Shown: positions 17,547 to 30,300, counted from the stretch's first letter. The stretch is DNA of 64,000 bases from an uncultured Methanosarcinales archaeon (GCA_964388715.1 CAYMBN010000002.1:80704-144703), one strand, 5' to 3'. The notes: generated by a model from the sequence alone, not told the origin. Numbers and translations are program-made.

Positions 17547-18497
17547 TTATTTTTTCCTTTTTTTTCTTTTCTTCTTTACTTTACTTCCTTCATTTTTTCT
17601 TCTGAATAATTTTATTAAAAGTATTAACACACTGCTTATGATAATAACATATAATGTGTTGCTTACAATAGATTTAATCTGCCCACAATCAATGTCTTGG
17701 TAAAACATACAATCTGGGTCACATTTATTATCTCTTATTTGATCACAGAAACCATCAGCTGTTCCAGATACACAATCTTGTGGACAATTTTTGCTATTTT
17801 CTTCTTTGTCACAAATACTATCTGAGTTACATGTTTCATTGAGTTCAATTATAACTGGTTTTTCTGCAACATGTAGTTCTACCATTTTTGTTACATCTCT
17901 GTGTCCTGTTTTTGTTGCAGTAACTTCTAAAGTATATGTGCCTTTCTGTGCAAGGTCAACTTTGGCTGGTAAATTTACTTTTTGCATGTAATCATCTGGG
18001 AAAATTACGTTTACATGGGATTCTGTGTCAGATGCTCCTGTGTCAAAATCAAGGAATACTGATTCGTCTCTTACAAAAACATTTTTATCACACTCTTCTT
18101 GGTTACATAACATATCTGGAATTTCTAATGCAGGTTCAACATTTATAAGGAATTGTTTTTTTATGATCTTTTTTTCTGGTTTAATAATTTGTAATATTGC
18201 AGTACAAACTTGTCTTTCAAATGTTTCGTCAATCATAAGCCATGAGTATGTGTCACTATATTTTTTACCTGGTTCTAGGCGTATTGTTAATTGATCAATA
18301 AATTTGTCTGGTGCTTCTGGACAAGATATAATTGTAAAATAAGAAAGCATAACTTCTTTAGTTGATTCAACTGTATAATCAAACTTAACTTTTTCATCTA
18401 ATTTAAATGAATCTTTTATGCTTATATCTGAAGTTAGTTCTGCATTAACAAGATTAATTAACATAATTGCAAGGATTAGGTAAATCAATTTCTTCAC
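17547..18497 (-). CDS. Type-I membrane protein (316 aa) with signal peptide, extracellular domain, Cys-rich module, C-terminal TM helix and basic tail
   Basis: The signal peptide is MKKLIYLILAIMLINLVNA and the Cys-rich module is CDKEENSKNCPQDCVSG..CD.I..NKCDPDC. The C-terminus reads LYVIIISSVLILLIKLF followed by RRKNEGSKVKKKRKKRKK. Confidence 0.5.
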   Translation of the reverse strand: MKKLIYLILAIMLINLVNAELTSDISIKDSFKLDEKVKFDYTVESTKEVMLSYFTIISCPEAPDKFIDQLTIRLEPGKKYSDTYSWLMIDETFERQVCTAILQIIKPEKKIIKKQFLINVEPALEIPDMLCNQEECDKNVFVRDESVFLDFDTGASDTESHVNVIFPDDYMQKVNLPAKVDLAQKGTYTLEVTATKTGHRDVTKMVELHVAEKPVIIELNETCNSDSICDKEENSKNCPQDCVSGTADGFCDQIRDNKCDPDCMFYQDIDCGQIKSIVSNTLYVIIISSVLILLIKLFRRKNEGSKVKKKRKKRKK

Positions 18498-19399
18498 TTG
18501 ATCACCTCAATTGGTAATGTTGGGTCTGCAAGTAAAGTGAAGTGATCTTTTATGTAACCAACATCTTTCATTTTTACAAATAATTCTCCTAGACTGCTAC
18601 TTTCAGCTATTTTTCTATTAAGTTCTACTGCATAATCATAATTATAACTCATGCCAACTGTTCCAAAATATCCTAATCCAGAATCTCTTAGATAGTTGAC
18701 TCCTGGTGCTTTTGAACTAAGTTGCCAGAAATTATTAATTTCCTGTGGTATTAATGAAACTTTTTTAGGAAGTTCATCATAGAAAATTGATCTTGCTACT
18801 GTTGCTGATACATCACTTGATGTTAAACCATATATTCTGCCAACATTAAGTTGTTTACCTTCTTCATATTGTCCATATAATAATTCAAATGATGTTCTTA
18901 TTTCTGGTAATGTTTCATTACTTTCCTTAATTTCTTGTTCAACTGTTTTATTTGTGATGTTTTTTGCTTCAATATCAAATTGAATGTCTTCTTCTGCTTC
19001 TGTTACATCTACTGTTGTTTCTACAACTGTTTGACTTTCTGGATCATATATTTTAATTTCTTGCTTTTTTTCTAATATTGGTACGATTATAGTAAACCTT
19101 GTTTTATTTAATTGTATTCTTATACCACTAATCTTTCCATCATCGTCACTTCTGTCAGAGAAAATTGTTAATGGGATCTCAAATTTTGATGAAAAGTTTT
19201 GTGCTTGTCCTTCTGCAAGGTAACTATAAGATTCTGAAGATAATAATACATCAGAAGGAATATAACCTTCAATAATTGTTTCTTTAAGAACTTCTACAAC
19301 ACCATCTTTGTATTCTAGCTCAATTAGAGCTACTTTTTCAGCTAGTGCTATGTTTATTGTAAGCAGTACGATTAATGTTAATATTATTTTTTTCTTCAT
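18494..19399 (-). CDS. Secreted protein of unknown function (301 aa)
   Basis: The signal peptide is MKKKIILTLIVLLTINIALA. It overlaps both neighbouring genes by 4 nt, in the operon pattern. Confidence 0.45.
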   Translation of the reverse strand: MKKKIILTLIVLLTINIALAEKVALIELEYKDGVVEVLKETIIEGYIPSDVLLSSESYSYLAEGQAQNFSSKFEIPLTIFSDRSDDDGKISGIRIQLNKTRFTIIVPILEKKQEIKIYDPESQTVVETTVDVTEAEEDIQFDIEAKNITNKTVEQEIKESNETLPEIRTSFELLYGQYEEGKQLNVGRIYGLTSSDVSATVARSIFYDELPKKVSLIPQEINNFWQLSSKAPGVNYLRDSGLGYFGTVGMSYNYDYAVELNRKIAESSSLGELFVKMKDVGYIKDHFTLLADPTLPIEVIK

Positions 19400-19400
19400 T

Positions 19401-20486
19401 TTATTTGAATTTACCTAATTTTTGTTCAATAATTTTTTTGTTCCAAGAGCCAAAGTCAAAAACTTCTAACTCTTTCATAAGTGATGTTTCAGTTGGTCTA
19501 TTATATTGTTGATAAGTACATCCTGGTAAACATTCTAATCCTTGTTCTTGTGCCCAAGTAGGACAACTAGCAACATCACAATTAGGATACTTGTTAACAT
19601 TAAATTTAATTTCTCTTTCATATAAATATTCATCAGCTAGTCCTCCTATTGCATGACCTAGTTCGTGCATTAAGACAGAATCTTTGTCAGCAGTGTTTAT
19701 ATGTACAATGTTTGAGATAGCTGTTGATCTTAATGGGTTTGTTAATTCTTGCATTCTATTTCTTTTAACAAGAACAACAATAAAATCATTTGGACATTGA
19801 GCTGCTTCTTTTTTTACTTTAAATTGTTCGCATAAAATATAATCATCAAATGTGCATCCCATGTCAGGGAATTTATCAATTCTATGGAAATTAACTTTAT
19901 CTTTGTTTGATTTGAATGGTTCAATTTCAAAGAATATATCATTTACAAAATGGTTAACATCTTTGATAAAATCACTTAATTTTTTAAATTCTTGACCTAC
20001 AAATACAATGTCTAGTTTCTGATTTTCATCTCCATTGTATAATACTTGACTACATTCACCTTTTTTACTTGCATCACCTATTTCTGTTATTTGTGTTTTA
20101 CCTTTTTTGCTTATTAATCTTAAATCAAGTTTTCCTTGAGGAGTGCTTAAGCATAATGGGTTTTTTTCTTTTTCTACAATAAACTCTGAGACTTTAAATG
20201 ATTGTTTTGCAGGGCTAAGGAAAATATTGTTTTCTTGATCTGGAGTGATTTTTCCTTGTATTGTTACTGGTTGGTTTTTGTCAAAGAAACATACTTCTTT
20301 TAAATTTTCTGGTAAAGTAAAGGATAATTTTTTAACACTATCATAATCTTTTGTTGCAACTGTTTGTATGACATTACTTAGGCTACTAACAAATTTATCA
20401 AGTGACATTGTTACTTCAGAAACTTCTTTAGCGCAGCCACTAATTAGAATTAATACAATAATCAATATCACCATTTTTTTATTCAA
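19401..20486 (-). CDS. Lipoprotein zinc metalloprotease of the HExxH...GLADEY type, resembling peptidase M64 (IgA-peptidase family)
   Basis: It has a lipobox-like signal (LILISGC) and the motif VLMHELGHAIGGLADEY. Confidence 0.5.
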   Translation of the reverse strand: MNKKMVILIIVLILISGCAKEVSEVTMSLDKFVSSLSNVIQTVATKDYDSVKKLSFTLPENLKEVCFFDKNQPVTIQGKITPDQENNIFLSPAKQSFKVSEFIVEKEKNPLCLSTPQGKLDLRLISKKGKTQITEIGDASKKGECSQVLYNGDENQKLDIVFVGQEFKKLSDFIKDVNHFVNDIFFEIEPFKSNKDKVNFHRIDKFPDMGCTFDDYILCEQFKVKKEAAQCPNDFIVVLVKRNRMQELTNPLRSTAISNIVHINTADKDSVLMHELGHAIGGLADEYLYEREIKFNVNKYPNCDVASCPTWAQEQGLECLPGCTYQQYNRPTETSLMKELEVFDFGSWNKKIIEQKLGKFK

Positions 20487-23400
20487 GTTGTTTCACCTAC
20501 ACACATTTCAAAGTCTGAGTCAGGGATTGCAATTGGAGATCCCAATATTGTTAGGTATTTTGGATTTGTGTTGAATAGTGTGTTTATGTTATTTTCAATA
20601 TCTTGTATAACTAATTCAAAATGTTCCCTTGTTTTTAAATTTTTCTCACATATCTTTGTTTGTTGTGTTTGGTCAACATTTGTGAATATTATTATTTCAT
20701 GTTTAGCAGCAGCAAGTATTGGTGCTGATAATGATGTTGATGAATATAGATTCTTAATTGTGCTTGATGTTTTTAATGGAAGGTAATCTTCTTGTATTGT
20801 AAAGCCTATATCTTTTTGGTTGATGAGGATAACTTTATCTGTTCCAGTGATTTCAATTATTTCTTGTTGTAATTGTGTTAAAGAGCTTATGTCTTGACAT
20901 GATGTTGAGGTTTGTGGACATTGTGTGTTTATTGTGATTACATTTTTTTGTGTAAAAATGTTTTCATTGTCTGTGATACTATCTTTGATTACTAATGGTA
21001 TGTTTTTTAATGAAGCATATACAGAAGCTGTCATTGCTAATTCATAGTCAGAGTTAACATAAACAATATCACCAAATGATTCCCAGTAGGTAAAGTAATT
21101 GTTTAGACTTATTTTTTGGATTTTGTCTGTGCTTATTGATGTAGCGCTTGCTAGTAATGTGTCAAAATCTTCAGAACTGTCTTCTATTAATGTGATTCTA
21201 GTAGGATTATAATCATTGATAAAGCTGATAGTGGAATCAAGGTCAATTATGTTTCCATTTTTATGGTAAATTAGGAAAGGATATTTGTTAATTTGATTAT
21301 TTTGTGTCCATATTGTTGCTGATATGAATGTAAATATCTTTTGCCAATTATCATCTGATATTAAAAATAATTCTTTTTCAGTATAAGCTTCTATATTTTT
21401 CATGTTTTCACTAACATTTCCAATAACTTCAATTTCTATTTCTTCTGTTATAACTTCAATGTCTGTGCTGCTTGTATTAGAAAATTGAATATCATCAAAA
21501 TTAAGGAGCATTGTGCCTGGATTGATTGGTTTAAATTTGATTGTTGCTAAGTAACCTGAACCACTAATTATTTCTTCTGTTTGTTGGTCAGCAGTAATTG
21601 AGACTTCTGAGTTTGTTTTTGTTAAAATACTTTTTAATGAACTAATTAAATCTTGTGTTTCAGCTTCATTGATTGTATAATCAAAGTTAAAGTCTTGTAA
21701 GAATCCTGATTTTTCAACTTCTGTTAGGGTTAAGTAATTGGAATCATAATTTATACTAAATTCTAAGTCTGTTAGACTTTTTGCATTTCCAATAAATACT
21801 TTTGCTTCAAATTCTTGGTATAATTCAATATCATCTGGTACTGAAAAGATTAAAGTAGGTCTTTCTTCATCAGGGGCAAATAGGATTGTTTCATTTTCTT
21901 CTGGTTCTTCCTCTTCAACAGGCTCTTCTTCCTCTTCGATTGGTTCTTCCTCTTCTTCCTCTTCTTGAATTTCTGATTCTTGATCTTCTGATACTTCTTG
22001 TGTATTAACAACATGTCCTGCAATACTACTTCCTCCTCCACCGCCTCCGCCACTACTAGTGGTTGTTGGAGTTTCTTCTGTTGGGCATGCTCCACAATCT
22101 GCTTGACATGATGTACATGTTTCAGCGCCATTACAAGTTGAGTCACCACAGTAAGGGACACTTGGTCCACTTGTTGATGCTGATGAAGATGTATCTGTTC
22201 CATCTGAGGCAGTGAATGAATATGTGTGTGCAGCTGCTGTTAGTGTTTGATTATAATAATATCCTTTACCATTTGAGTAAGTTGTGTCAGTTGCATCTAT
22301 TTCAGCCATTGGGTACATTGTACCATCAATTGTAACATTGATTGTGTCAGGAGCTTCATTGTTTGCATCAGTATAAGTAACAGTGTAATTGAAATTTGTA
22401 CTTGTTGTGCCTGAGGTTGGTGAAACACCTGCAGAACTATAGGTAGGAGCACTGTTGACTATTATTGGTAGGTTTGTTGTTGAAGTTGTGGTGATATTAG
22501 TACCATCACTTGCATTAAAATAATAACTGTGTGACCCTACTGTTGATAAGGTTGTGGAATTTGTGGTATAATAATAATTTTTACCATCATTAAACATTGC
22601 ATCACCTGGATCACATTCTGTCATGCTATAGGGATTATCATCAATAACTACTTGGATAGAACCATTGGGACCAATATTATTTGCATCAGTGTATGTTACT
22701 GTGTAATTGAATACAGTATTAATTGGACCTGAAGTTGGTGAGACAGAACCACTTGCTAAGGTTGGTTCAACTTGTCCTACTACTTCTATTCCTACTGCGT
22801 TATCACCCATTGCGACAACACTGTATGTTCCATCAGAAGTACTGAAATTATAACTATGATTACCAATTGCTAATGTTGTATTGTAAAGATAATCTTTACC
22901 ATCAGTATAAGTAGTATCAGTTGGATCTCTTTGAACCATTGCAACTGTGCCTGTTGTATTTATTATAACATTCATAGATGTTGGAGCGTCATCGTCATCA
23001 TCAGTATATGTTGCAGTAAAAACATATGATGTGAATTGATTTCCACTAGTTGGTTGGACATTACCAGTATTTACATTAGGACTACCTACATTATCTGTTA
23101 CTTCTGGTTGCGAACCACATGATGCTGGTGGAGCTGGCCATGATCCAGATGCATAAGGTTGGTCATAAGGAAATGAATCAATTGCAACCCATGTGTCACT
23201 ATCTTGAGCACCTCCTCCTGTAAAATAAGGACAAGCTGCATGTCCCCAGTAATTACCTTGACTTCCATTTGAAATGTTTACTCCCCTAACATTTCCTCCT
23301 GCTTGTTCTGTACGTATTTGGAGAGTATTTCCATAGATGTTGTTATGGTAAATTTGTATATCTCTAATAGATTGTCCTATACCCATACCATATGTACAAC

Positions 23401-24310
23401 TGGTTATATTATTGTAATAAATATTACCACTATGGGAATCATATTCATTAAAAACTATACCTGAACCGTCCCAGCTAAATGTTGCTTCGCCGTCTGGGTC
23501 AGGTGCGCAATTAAATATTGTATTATCTTTTACAGTAATATTTATTACTTCTTGTAGTTCTATTCCTCTTATAGAATTCCATATTACATTATTTGAGATT
23601 ATAGAATCATTTATTTCATAAATTTCAATTGCAGAGTCTGTTGTACTATCTGAAAGAGTGTTATTTTCTATATGTACACTATCTAAAGGACCATCAAGAT
23701 CTATAAGAGGATTACCTGGACCTGTAAATGTGTTATTTCTTATAACTATATCCTTATTATCTAAACCATAACCTGCTTCAGTAATCATAAGACCATTGCT
23801 ACAGTTAACAAATGAATTATTTTGGATTAATAAATTTGTTATTCCAGTTGCATAAACTGATCTAAAACCAGCAGCATTACCACCATTAACATTACAACCC
23901 TGAATAGTTATGTTTGTTAATAATTGAGTAAATGAATTTTCATAGATTCGTATTACGTCTCCACCAGAAGGACCAGCATTACTTATTGTATTTCCTTTAC
24001 AATCTAGTGTAACATCACTGGAATTAATAAAAATACAATAGGCAGAATTCATAGTTATTCCAGTACTTAAATTATAAATTCCTGGTGTAGTGATTTCAGT
24101 ATCACATGCAGTTATCTCTGTTTCAGCTATGCCAACAGCCATTCCTGTTATTTTTGGTGTTGTAGTTATTGCAGTATAAAACATAGTAGATAATAAGAGG
24201 ACTGCGATAGTTGCAATTATGTTATGTTCTAATTTAATGATATGTGCTCTATCTAAATGATGTTTTCTTTTTCTCATTCCCTTTTTTGATTTAATGCTTT
24301 TTCTTTGCAT
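20483..24310 (-). CDS. Membrane-anchored adhesin-like protein (1275 aa) with an N-terminal signal-anchor, right-handed parallel beta-helix (PbH1/pectin-lyase-fold) repeats, four Ig/PKD-like repeats, an acidic Glu-rich linker and a C-terminal domain
   Basis: Beta-helix repeat motifs (IRNNTFTG, IENNTLSD, ISNNVIWN, KDNTIFN) are present. A repeated roughly 95-aa unit reads P.SG..FNYTVTYTDANN..P..I.V.ID...Y.M...D..D..Y..GK.Y.Y...L....H.Y.F.ASDG. The linker is G7SS followed by EEEEEEEPIEEEEEPVEEEEPEE. Confidence 0.6.
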   Translation of the reverse strand: MQRKSIKSKKGMRKRKHHLDRAHIIKLEHNIIATIAVLLLSTMFYTAITTTPKITGMAVGIAETEITACDTEITTPGIYNLSTGITMNSAYCIFINSSDVTLDCKGNTISNAGPSGGDVIRIYENSFTQLLTNITIQGCNVNGGNAAGFRSVYATGITNLLIQNNSFVNCSNGLMITEAGYGLDNKDIVIRNNTFTGPGNPLIDLDGPLDSVHIENNTLSDSTTDSAIEIYEINDSIISNNVIWNSIRGIELQEVINITVKDNTIFNCAPDPDGEATFSWDGSGIVFNEYDSHSGNIYYNNITSCTYGMGIGQSIRDIQIYHNNIYGNTLQIRTEQAGGNVRGVNISNGSQGNYWGHAACPYFTGGGAQDSDTWVAIDSFPYDQPYASGSWPAPPASCGSQPEVTDNVGSPNVNTGNVQPTSGNQFTSYVFTATYTDDDDDAPTSMNVIINTTGTVAMVQRDPTDTTYTDGKDYLYNTTLAIGNHSYNFSTSDGTYSVVAMGDNAVGIEVVGQVEPTLASGSVSPTSGPINTVFNYTVTYTDANNIGPNGSIQVVIDDNPYSMTECDPGDAMFNDGKNYYYTTNSTTLSTVGSHSYYFNASDGTNITTTSTTNLPIIVNSAPTYSSAGVSPTSGTTSTNFNYTVTYTDANNEAPDTINVTIDGTMYPMAEIDATDTTYSNGKGYYYNQTLTAAAHTYSFTASDGTDTSSSASTSGPSVPYCGDSTCNGAETCTSCQADCGACPTEETPTTTSSGGGGGGGSSIAGHVVNTQEVSEDQESEIQEEEEEEEPIEEEEEPVEEEEPEENETILFAPDEERPTLIFSVPDDIELYQEFEAKVFIGNAKSLTDLEFSINYDSNYLTLTEVEKSGFLQDFNFDYTINEAETQDLISSLKSILTKTNSEVSITADQQTEEIISGSGYLATIKFKPINPGTMLLNFDDIQFSNTSSTDIEVITEEIEIEVIGNVSENMKNIEAYTEKELFLISDDNWQKIFTFISATIWTQNNQINKYPFLIYHKNGNIIDLDSTISFINDYNPTRITLIEDSSEDFDTLLASATSISTDKIQKISLNNYFTYWESFGDIVYVNSDYELAMTASVYASLKNIPLVIKDSITDNENIFTQKNVITINTQCPQTSTSCQDISSLTQLQQEIIEITGTDKVILINQKDIGFTIQEDYLPLKTSSTIKNLYSSTSLSAPILAAAKHEIIIFTNVDQTQQTKICEKNLKTREHFELVIQDIENNINTLFNTNPKYLTILGSPIAIPDSDFEMCVGETT

Positions 24311-27300
24311 TTTTTCTTATTTTTTTATTGTGTTTTTTATGTTTCCTTTTCTTGTTTCTTTTTTTTGGTTTTTTTTGAAAAGTTTTTAACTTTTCTAAAC
24401 CTTTCTTTGAAAGTTTCTTTTTTGTTTTGTGTTTATGTTTCTTTTTTTTGGAAACTTTGGTTTTTTGAGAATGTTTTTTGTGTTTGTTTTTCTTCTGTTT
24501 TTTTGATTTCTTCTTCTTCTTTTTCTTGGTTGTTTTTCCTTTGGATAATTCTATTGTTAGGTAAGTTAAAACTATGATTGATGTGATAATTAAAGTCCAG
24601 ATAGAAGGTTTTTCAGGTGAAGTAAAAACACTTAGTAACATTGCTTCTAGATCAAGTTTTTCAAATTCTTCTTCCTCTTCTTCTAGAGTTTCTTCTTCTA
24701 TTTCTTCTTCAGGAAGAGCTGTTTGATTTTCTTCAGCTTCTTTTTCAATAATTTTTGTTGTGGCAATTGCAAAATAACTGAATCCAGGAGTTGTTGCTTT
24801 GTATATGGTATAATTATTGTTTTCAGAAATTATTTTTGTAGGAAGATTATTCCATTTACTGTTTTTGTATCTTTTTAATACAATGTCTGTTTTATTTACT
24901 TTATTTTTTTCTAGCCATTCTTTTGAAACTTTGAATTGAATTTCTGCATTTTCTATTACACCATCTACTAAATTTTTGGTTCTACTTACTTGGGCATATT
25001 TGTAAACAAGAGTTTTTATTTTTCTACGTGTTTCAGGTGCTTGTGTTAACTCTATAACACTGATTTGTACATTTTTTAATTTATTCTTGGTTGTAGCTTC
25101 TAATTTTGTGATTGGAATTTCTTCTTTGTCAGGGGACATTTCTAATGTGTCACTAGCTTTGATTGACGTCCAAAGTTGAGTTGACTTTTCTCCTTTAATT
25201 GTTGGTTCTTCTATGACAAAACCATCTCCGCTGCTTGATGAACTTGATGATGATGTTGATGTTGAAGTTGATGTACTTCCTGCAACATCTGTTGTGTAAT
25301 TTGTTGAGTTTGAGTATGTCATTACGTTACTATTTTTATCAGAACATCTTACAAATAAGGTTCCTGTGTTGTCTGTTGTGAAGCTGAAATTAGTAGTATG
25401 GCTAAGGGTTCCTGTTGTTGAAAATGCTGTCATATTACCATAATATAGGTTTGAAGTGTTATAAGCGCAATTTGCATGTTCATTTGTTGTTACATTTAAT
25501 ATTAATATGACTGTTGATGTGCCTGTTCCTGATGCTGTGTAATTTAGATCTGTTATTATTGGGATTGTTCCATCTTTGATTGAAAAGTTTCTTGGAGAAC
25601 TAATAGAGCTTCTTTGGTTTTGATCAGTACAATTTAATGTGTAGTTATAAGTTCCGTTGAGGAGATCACTGTAGTTATGCATGTGTGTATAACGTACCCC
25701 TACATTAGTAAAGTTTGTTGTATTTATTGTTCCTGATTGAACATTGCCTGTTGCGTTTGTTATATTATATCTGCAGAAGGTTGTGTTTGGATTTGCTTCC
25801 CATACATCTGCAGAAACTTGAACGAAACTATCTGCTGATTGGTTTGTATTATTTGTTGGTCCTGTTATGTTTATTGTTGGTGCAACTGTATCATTTGCTA
25901 AGCCTGCTCCTGATAAATGCGGTACGTAAGTTGTTACATTTAATGAACCGTTTGTGTAACATGCTGCTGTTATATTGCCAACAGTGCTTGGAGCTGTGTT
26001 GCCTGTACATTGAGCTAACTTGTAAACATTGTGACCAAGGTCATCGTCTACATACATTACTTCAAAGTCTTTTAATGTTTCGTTAAATACAATTGTTGTT
26101 GTATTATAATAAGTATCATTTAGGAAACTGCTCATGTTTTGGAATAAAACTAATTTTGTGAAGTTTGTTCCTGATTTGTTTTTGCTTAAGTTTGCTGGTA
26201 GAGAATGTTTACTTACAACAATTGTAAAGTCTGTTCTGTTCCAGTTTGCTAACGATGAGTTGAAGCTTGGCATTGTTACAGAATAGTTGTCTGTTGTTGA
26301 TGCGTTAACTTCAAATTCCATACTTACTGAATTATTCATCCAAGCAACACCACTTAGTTCTGTACCTGATGAGTTTTTGATAGAAACGTTTACAACTCCT
26401 GTATTTCCTGTTTCAATTGAGTTAGCTCTTTCTGTTATGTTTTCTTGTCCTATTACTCTAAATGTTCTTGATACTTGGGTTGCTAAGTTACTTGCTTCAT
26501 CTTTTACATTAAATACTACTGTGTGTGTTCCTCCACTAATATTATAAATTGTAATGTTAGTTGCATTTGCTGTTGTGGTAAGTACCCATTGACCAGAGTC
26601 TACTGAGAAGTTTGATAAAGAAATGTTTGCTTCTGTTACACTATAATTAAATGTTACATTTCCATTTGCATTTGTTATTATTTGATTGTTTGTTGGAAGT
26701 GTTACATTAATTATTGGAGCATCATCATCTATTGTGAAAGTGATTCCTGGACTTGTTATTGATGTGGTATTAGTGTTGTTTGCAGTGTCAACAACTGTTA
26801 TATTAAGCACTTGATCTGAGCCTAGAGTAATTGTTCCATTCCAGGTAGAGTTAATAGATTTATTTAATGTTGTTCCTTCTACAACTACTGTGGTTATACT
26901 TGTTTTTAGGTCTGTTGCATTTACTGTTGCTATAACTGCAGTTGATGTTTGTACATAACGGTCTGAGATAGTAAAATTAAAGATTGGAGGAGTGTTTTCA
27001 ATTATAAATGTATAATTAGTACTATTGAATGCACTGTTTCCTGCATTATCATAAGCAAGACAGTTCCAGATAAAAGTACCATTTTTCAGTATGTCTAATG
27101 TTCGGTTTGTTGAGTTGCTTGTACCTGTTATGGTTGCAGTATAGTTTAGTGCCCATGATCCTGTTGAGTTTGTGTAAAAGCTTACATTAGTCAAGTTTTT
27201 ATTATCAGTGAGACTACAATTTAAGTTTACAGAATAATTTGAAGTATTATAATTGTTTACAGGGCTTGTTAGTCTTACTATTGGTGCTGTTTGATCTACG

Positions 27301-30300
27301 TCAACAGTAATGTTGTAAGTTGTACTTGCTCCTATGTTTCCTGCATTATCAGAACAGTTAACAGACCAGTTGTAATCTGCATTAGCTAATGATTGAATAA
27401 AGGTTAAATTAGCTATTGATTTATTAATGCTGCTGTTGGTTTGATTAACTGAATTATTAATTATTAAACTGCAATTGTCAATATTTAAACCATCTGTTAC
27501 ATTGTAGAAGAATTTTATGTTTCTGTTTGAAGTATTTTTGGTGTTGTTTGTAGGTCTTATTAAAGTAACTGTTGGTGCTGTGGTTTCAACAGTCAATGTG
27601 TAATTACTACTGCTCCAGTTTCCTTCACTATTTTGGTCATAAGCAAGACAACCCCATTTGTATGTGCCAACTGTTAGTGCACTTATTGTGATATTGGTTG
27701 AGTTACTGGTACCTGTTACATTTCCAGTGGCATTTAATAACCATGACCCTGTTGTGTTGGTGTAGAAACTTATGTTAGTTAAGTTAGTATTATCGGTTGA
27801 AGTACAGTTAAATGAAATAGATGTTTGAGATGTGTTGTAGTTGTTAACAGGACTTGTTAGATTTACTGTTGGTGGAGTGTTTGTTACATTAACAGTAAGA
27901 TTGTATATATCACTGTTATCTACATTACCAGCAAAGTCTGTACAATTGACAGACCAGTTATGTATTCCATTTGGAAGAGTTTGACTAAATGGAATACTAC
28001 TTACTGCTTTGTTGATTGTAGTATTAGTTACATTTATTGTTTTGTTTAAAATTAAAGTACAATTTTTTATACTTGATAATGCGTCTGTTACATTGAAATA
28101 AAAGTTAATGCTTTGACTAGTGGTATTAAGTGTATTGTTTGGAGGTGTTACTAGAGTTACTGTTGGGTTTGCTCTGTCAAATGTTATTGTTTTATTTGAA
28201 TTGTTCCATGCACTGTTTGAATTACTATCAACGCACAGAACATTCCAAATAAATCTTCCTTGTGGGAGGTTATTAAGTGTTATGTTTGTTAAAGCACTTT
28301 TTGTAGGGCTACTAACTGTTTTGTTTAGTTGCCAAGTACCTGTGAAATTAGTATATAAACTACAATTACTTACTGTTCCATCATCTGTTACAGTTAAATT
28401 AAATTCAAGAGAAGTTACTGTTGTGTTGAAATTATTTTCAGGATAGTTAAGTACTACAACTGGTGATGAAACAGGATATATTTGTTCTGTTGACCATGTA
28501 CTTGCTTTTAGGCTAGAGTCAATTGTTTGAACTGCCCAATAATATGTTTGGTTACTTATATTCAATAAAATGTTTGTGTTGTTTAGCATGTTACCAAACA
28601 TACCTTGTGGTGGGGAGTTGCTTGTGCCATATTCACCACTGACAATATTATTTGCACCTGAGGAATTTCCCACTCTTAGGTTATAATATAATGTTCCGCC
28701 TTGTGTATCAGAAGCGCCTGACCATGATAAGTTAAGTCCTGTGGTATGGTTGCTGCTAAATGTGATTGGTGCATTAGGAATATTATTGTCTGATGTTATT
28801 GGATTAATATAAATTGTTGAATTATCACGAACTTGGTCTCCAACTAAAATTAAATCAAGATTATTATCTCCATCTAGGTCTGTTAATAATCCTGATCCTT
28901 TTTGTACTGTACCACTTGAGCCTGAAGTTGGTAAAATTTTTCCTGATATATTATCTTGGATAAATCTTGAACCTGTGTTGTTGTAAAGAAGTACACTATC
29001 AGCAGTAGTGCCCCCTGGTACAAGTACTAAATCAACTTTACCATTATTATTATAATCTCCTGGATAGATTGCAAGTTCTCCAGTTGCTGTGAGGTCTGTT
29101 ATCCAACTAGAATTATAATAGAAACTTGTTTTGTTGTTAAAGTATATATCTAATCCATAACTTCCACTGAATTGTCCTGAAACAGCTAAGTCCATCCAAC
29201 CATCATTATTAAAATCAGCTACTGCTGAGAATGGGTGTGTGTTACCTGATTGGTATAATCTTAAACCAAATGAATAAGTTGTGTTAAGTTTGAATTCTGT
29301 TTTATTATTTGTATAAACTTGGGCTGTAGTAGTAGTTATTATAACTAGGTCAAGGTAGTCATCATTGTTAATATCAATCAAATGGGCTGTACCATCTGTG
29401 GTTCTTGTTAAATTATTTTGCCATGGAAGACTTTCACTAAAGGTTGTTCCATTGTTTGTGTAAACTTTTGATGAACTATTACTATTATTTTCTTGTCCTA
29501 TTATTACTAAGTCAATGTCACCATCAAGGTCAATGTCTCCTTGTACAATTGCTGCGTCTTTTACTTGTGTTATATTTTCTTGCCAAGTAAAGTTTTCTTT
29601 GAATGTTGTTCCATTGTTTATGTATATTTTTGTACTTGAACCTCTACCATCATCACCTGCAATAATTATATCTGTATCATTATCATTATCAAAATCTCCT
29701 AATGCAATAGAAGGTGTAGTAACATTGGTTATATTTTCGTTCCATGTTGTGTTTTTATTGAATGTATTACCATTACTTGCATATACATTAGCAAGTGGAG
29801 CAGTTCCATTGTCTCCTAGAATTATGAGGTCAAAGTTTCCATCTTTTAAAAAGTCTCCAACTGCAATTGCAGGTGTTTGTACACCAAGTAAGTTAGCATG
29901 CCATGATGCATTTGTTGAAAAAGCTTCTATGATGCTTGATGAAAGATTTAAGAAACTAATGTTGTTAGAACCATTACAAGTTACATTAATGCCAGCATAG
30001 AATGTACCTGTACTTGAATCGCTTACATTTAATTTGAATGTTGTTTTAGAGTAAGGACTAACACCTTGGATAGATGATACATTTGTTGTTAAATTATCTA
30101 AACTGTGATAATTAGTTAAAGTGATAGTCATATTGTCACTTGATGCTTGGCTGTTGATTATATCAATATAATAATTACCTGTTGTGTTAACTCCAACATA
30201 ACCATGGAAAGTAGAATCATTAAATCTTCCTGAGCCTCTTGAAGTGCTTAATGATAAACTTATCCCTGCTGTTATTGATGTTGATCTTATTGGTAAATAA

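Noticed and set aside
24305-24577. Plus-strand ORF encoding a Phe/Leu-rich peptide
   Set aside because: It is the antisense of the poly-Lys tail coding region (a long T-tract), so it is an artefact.
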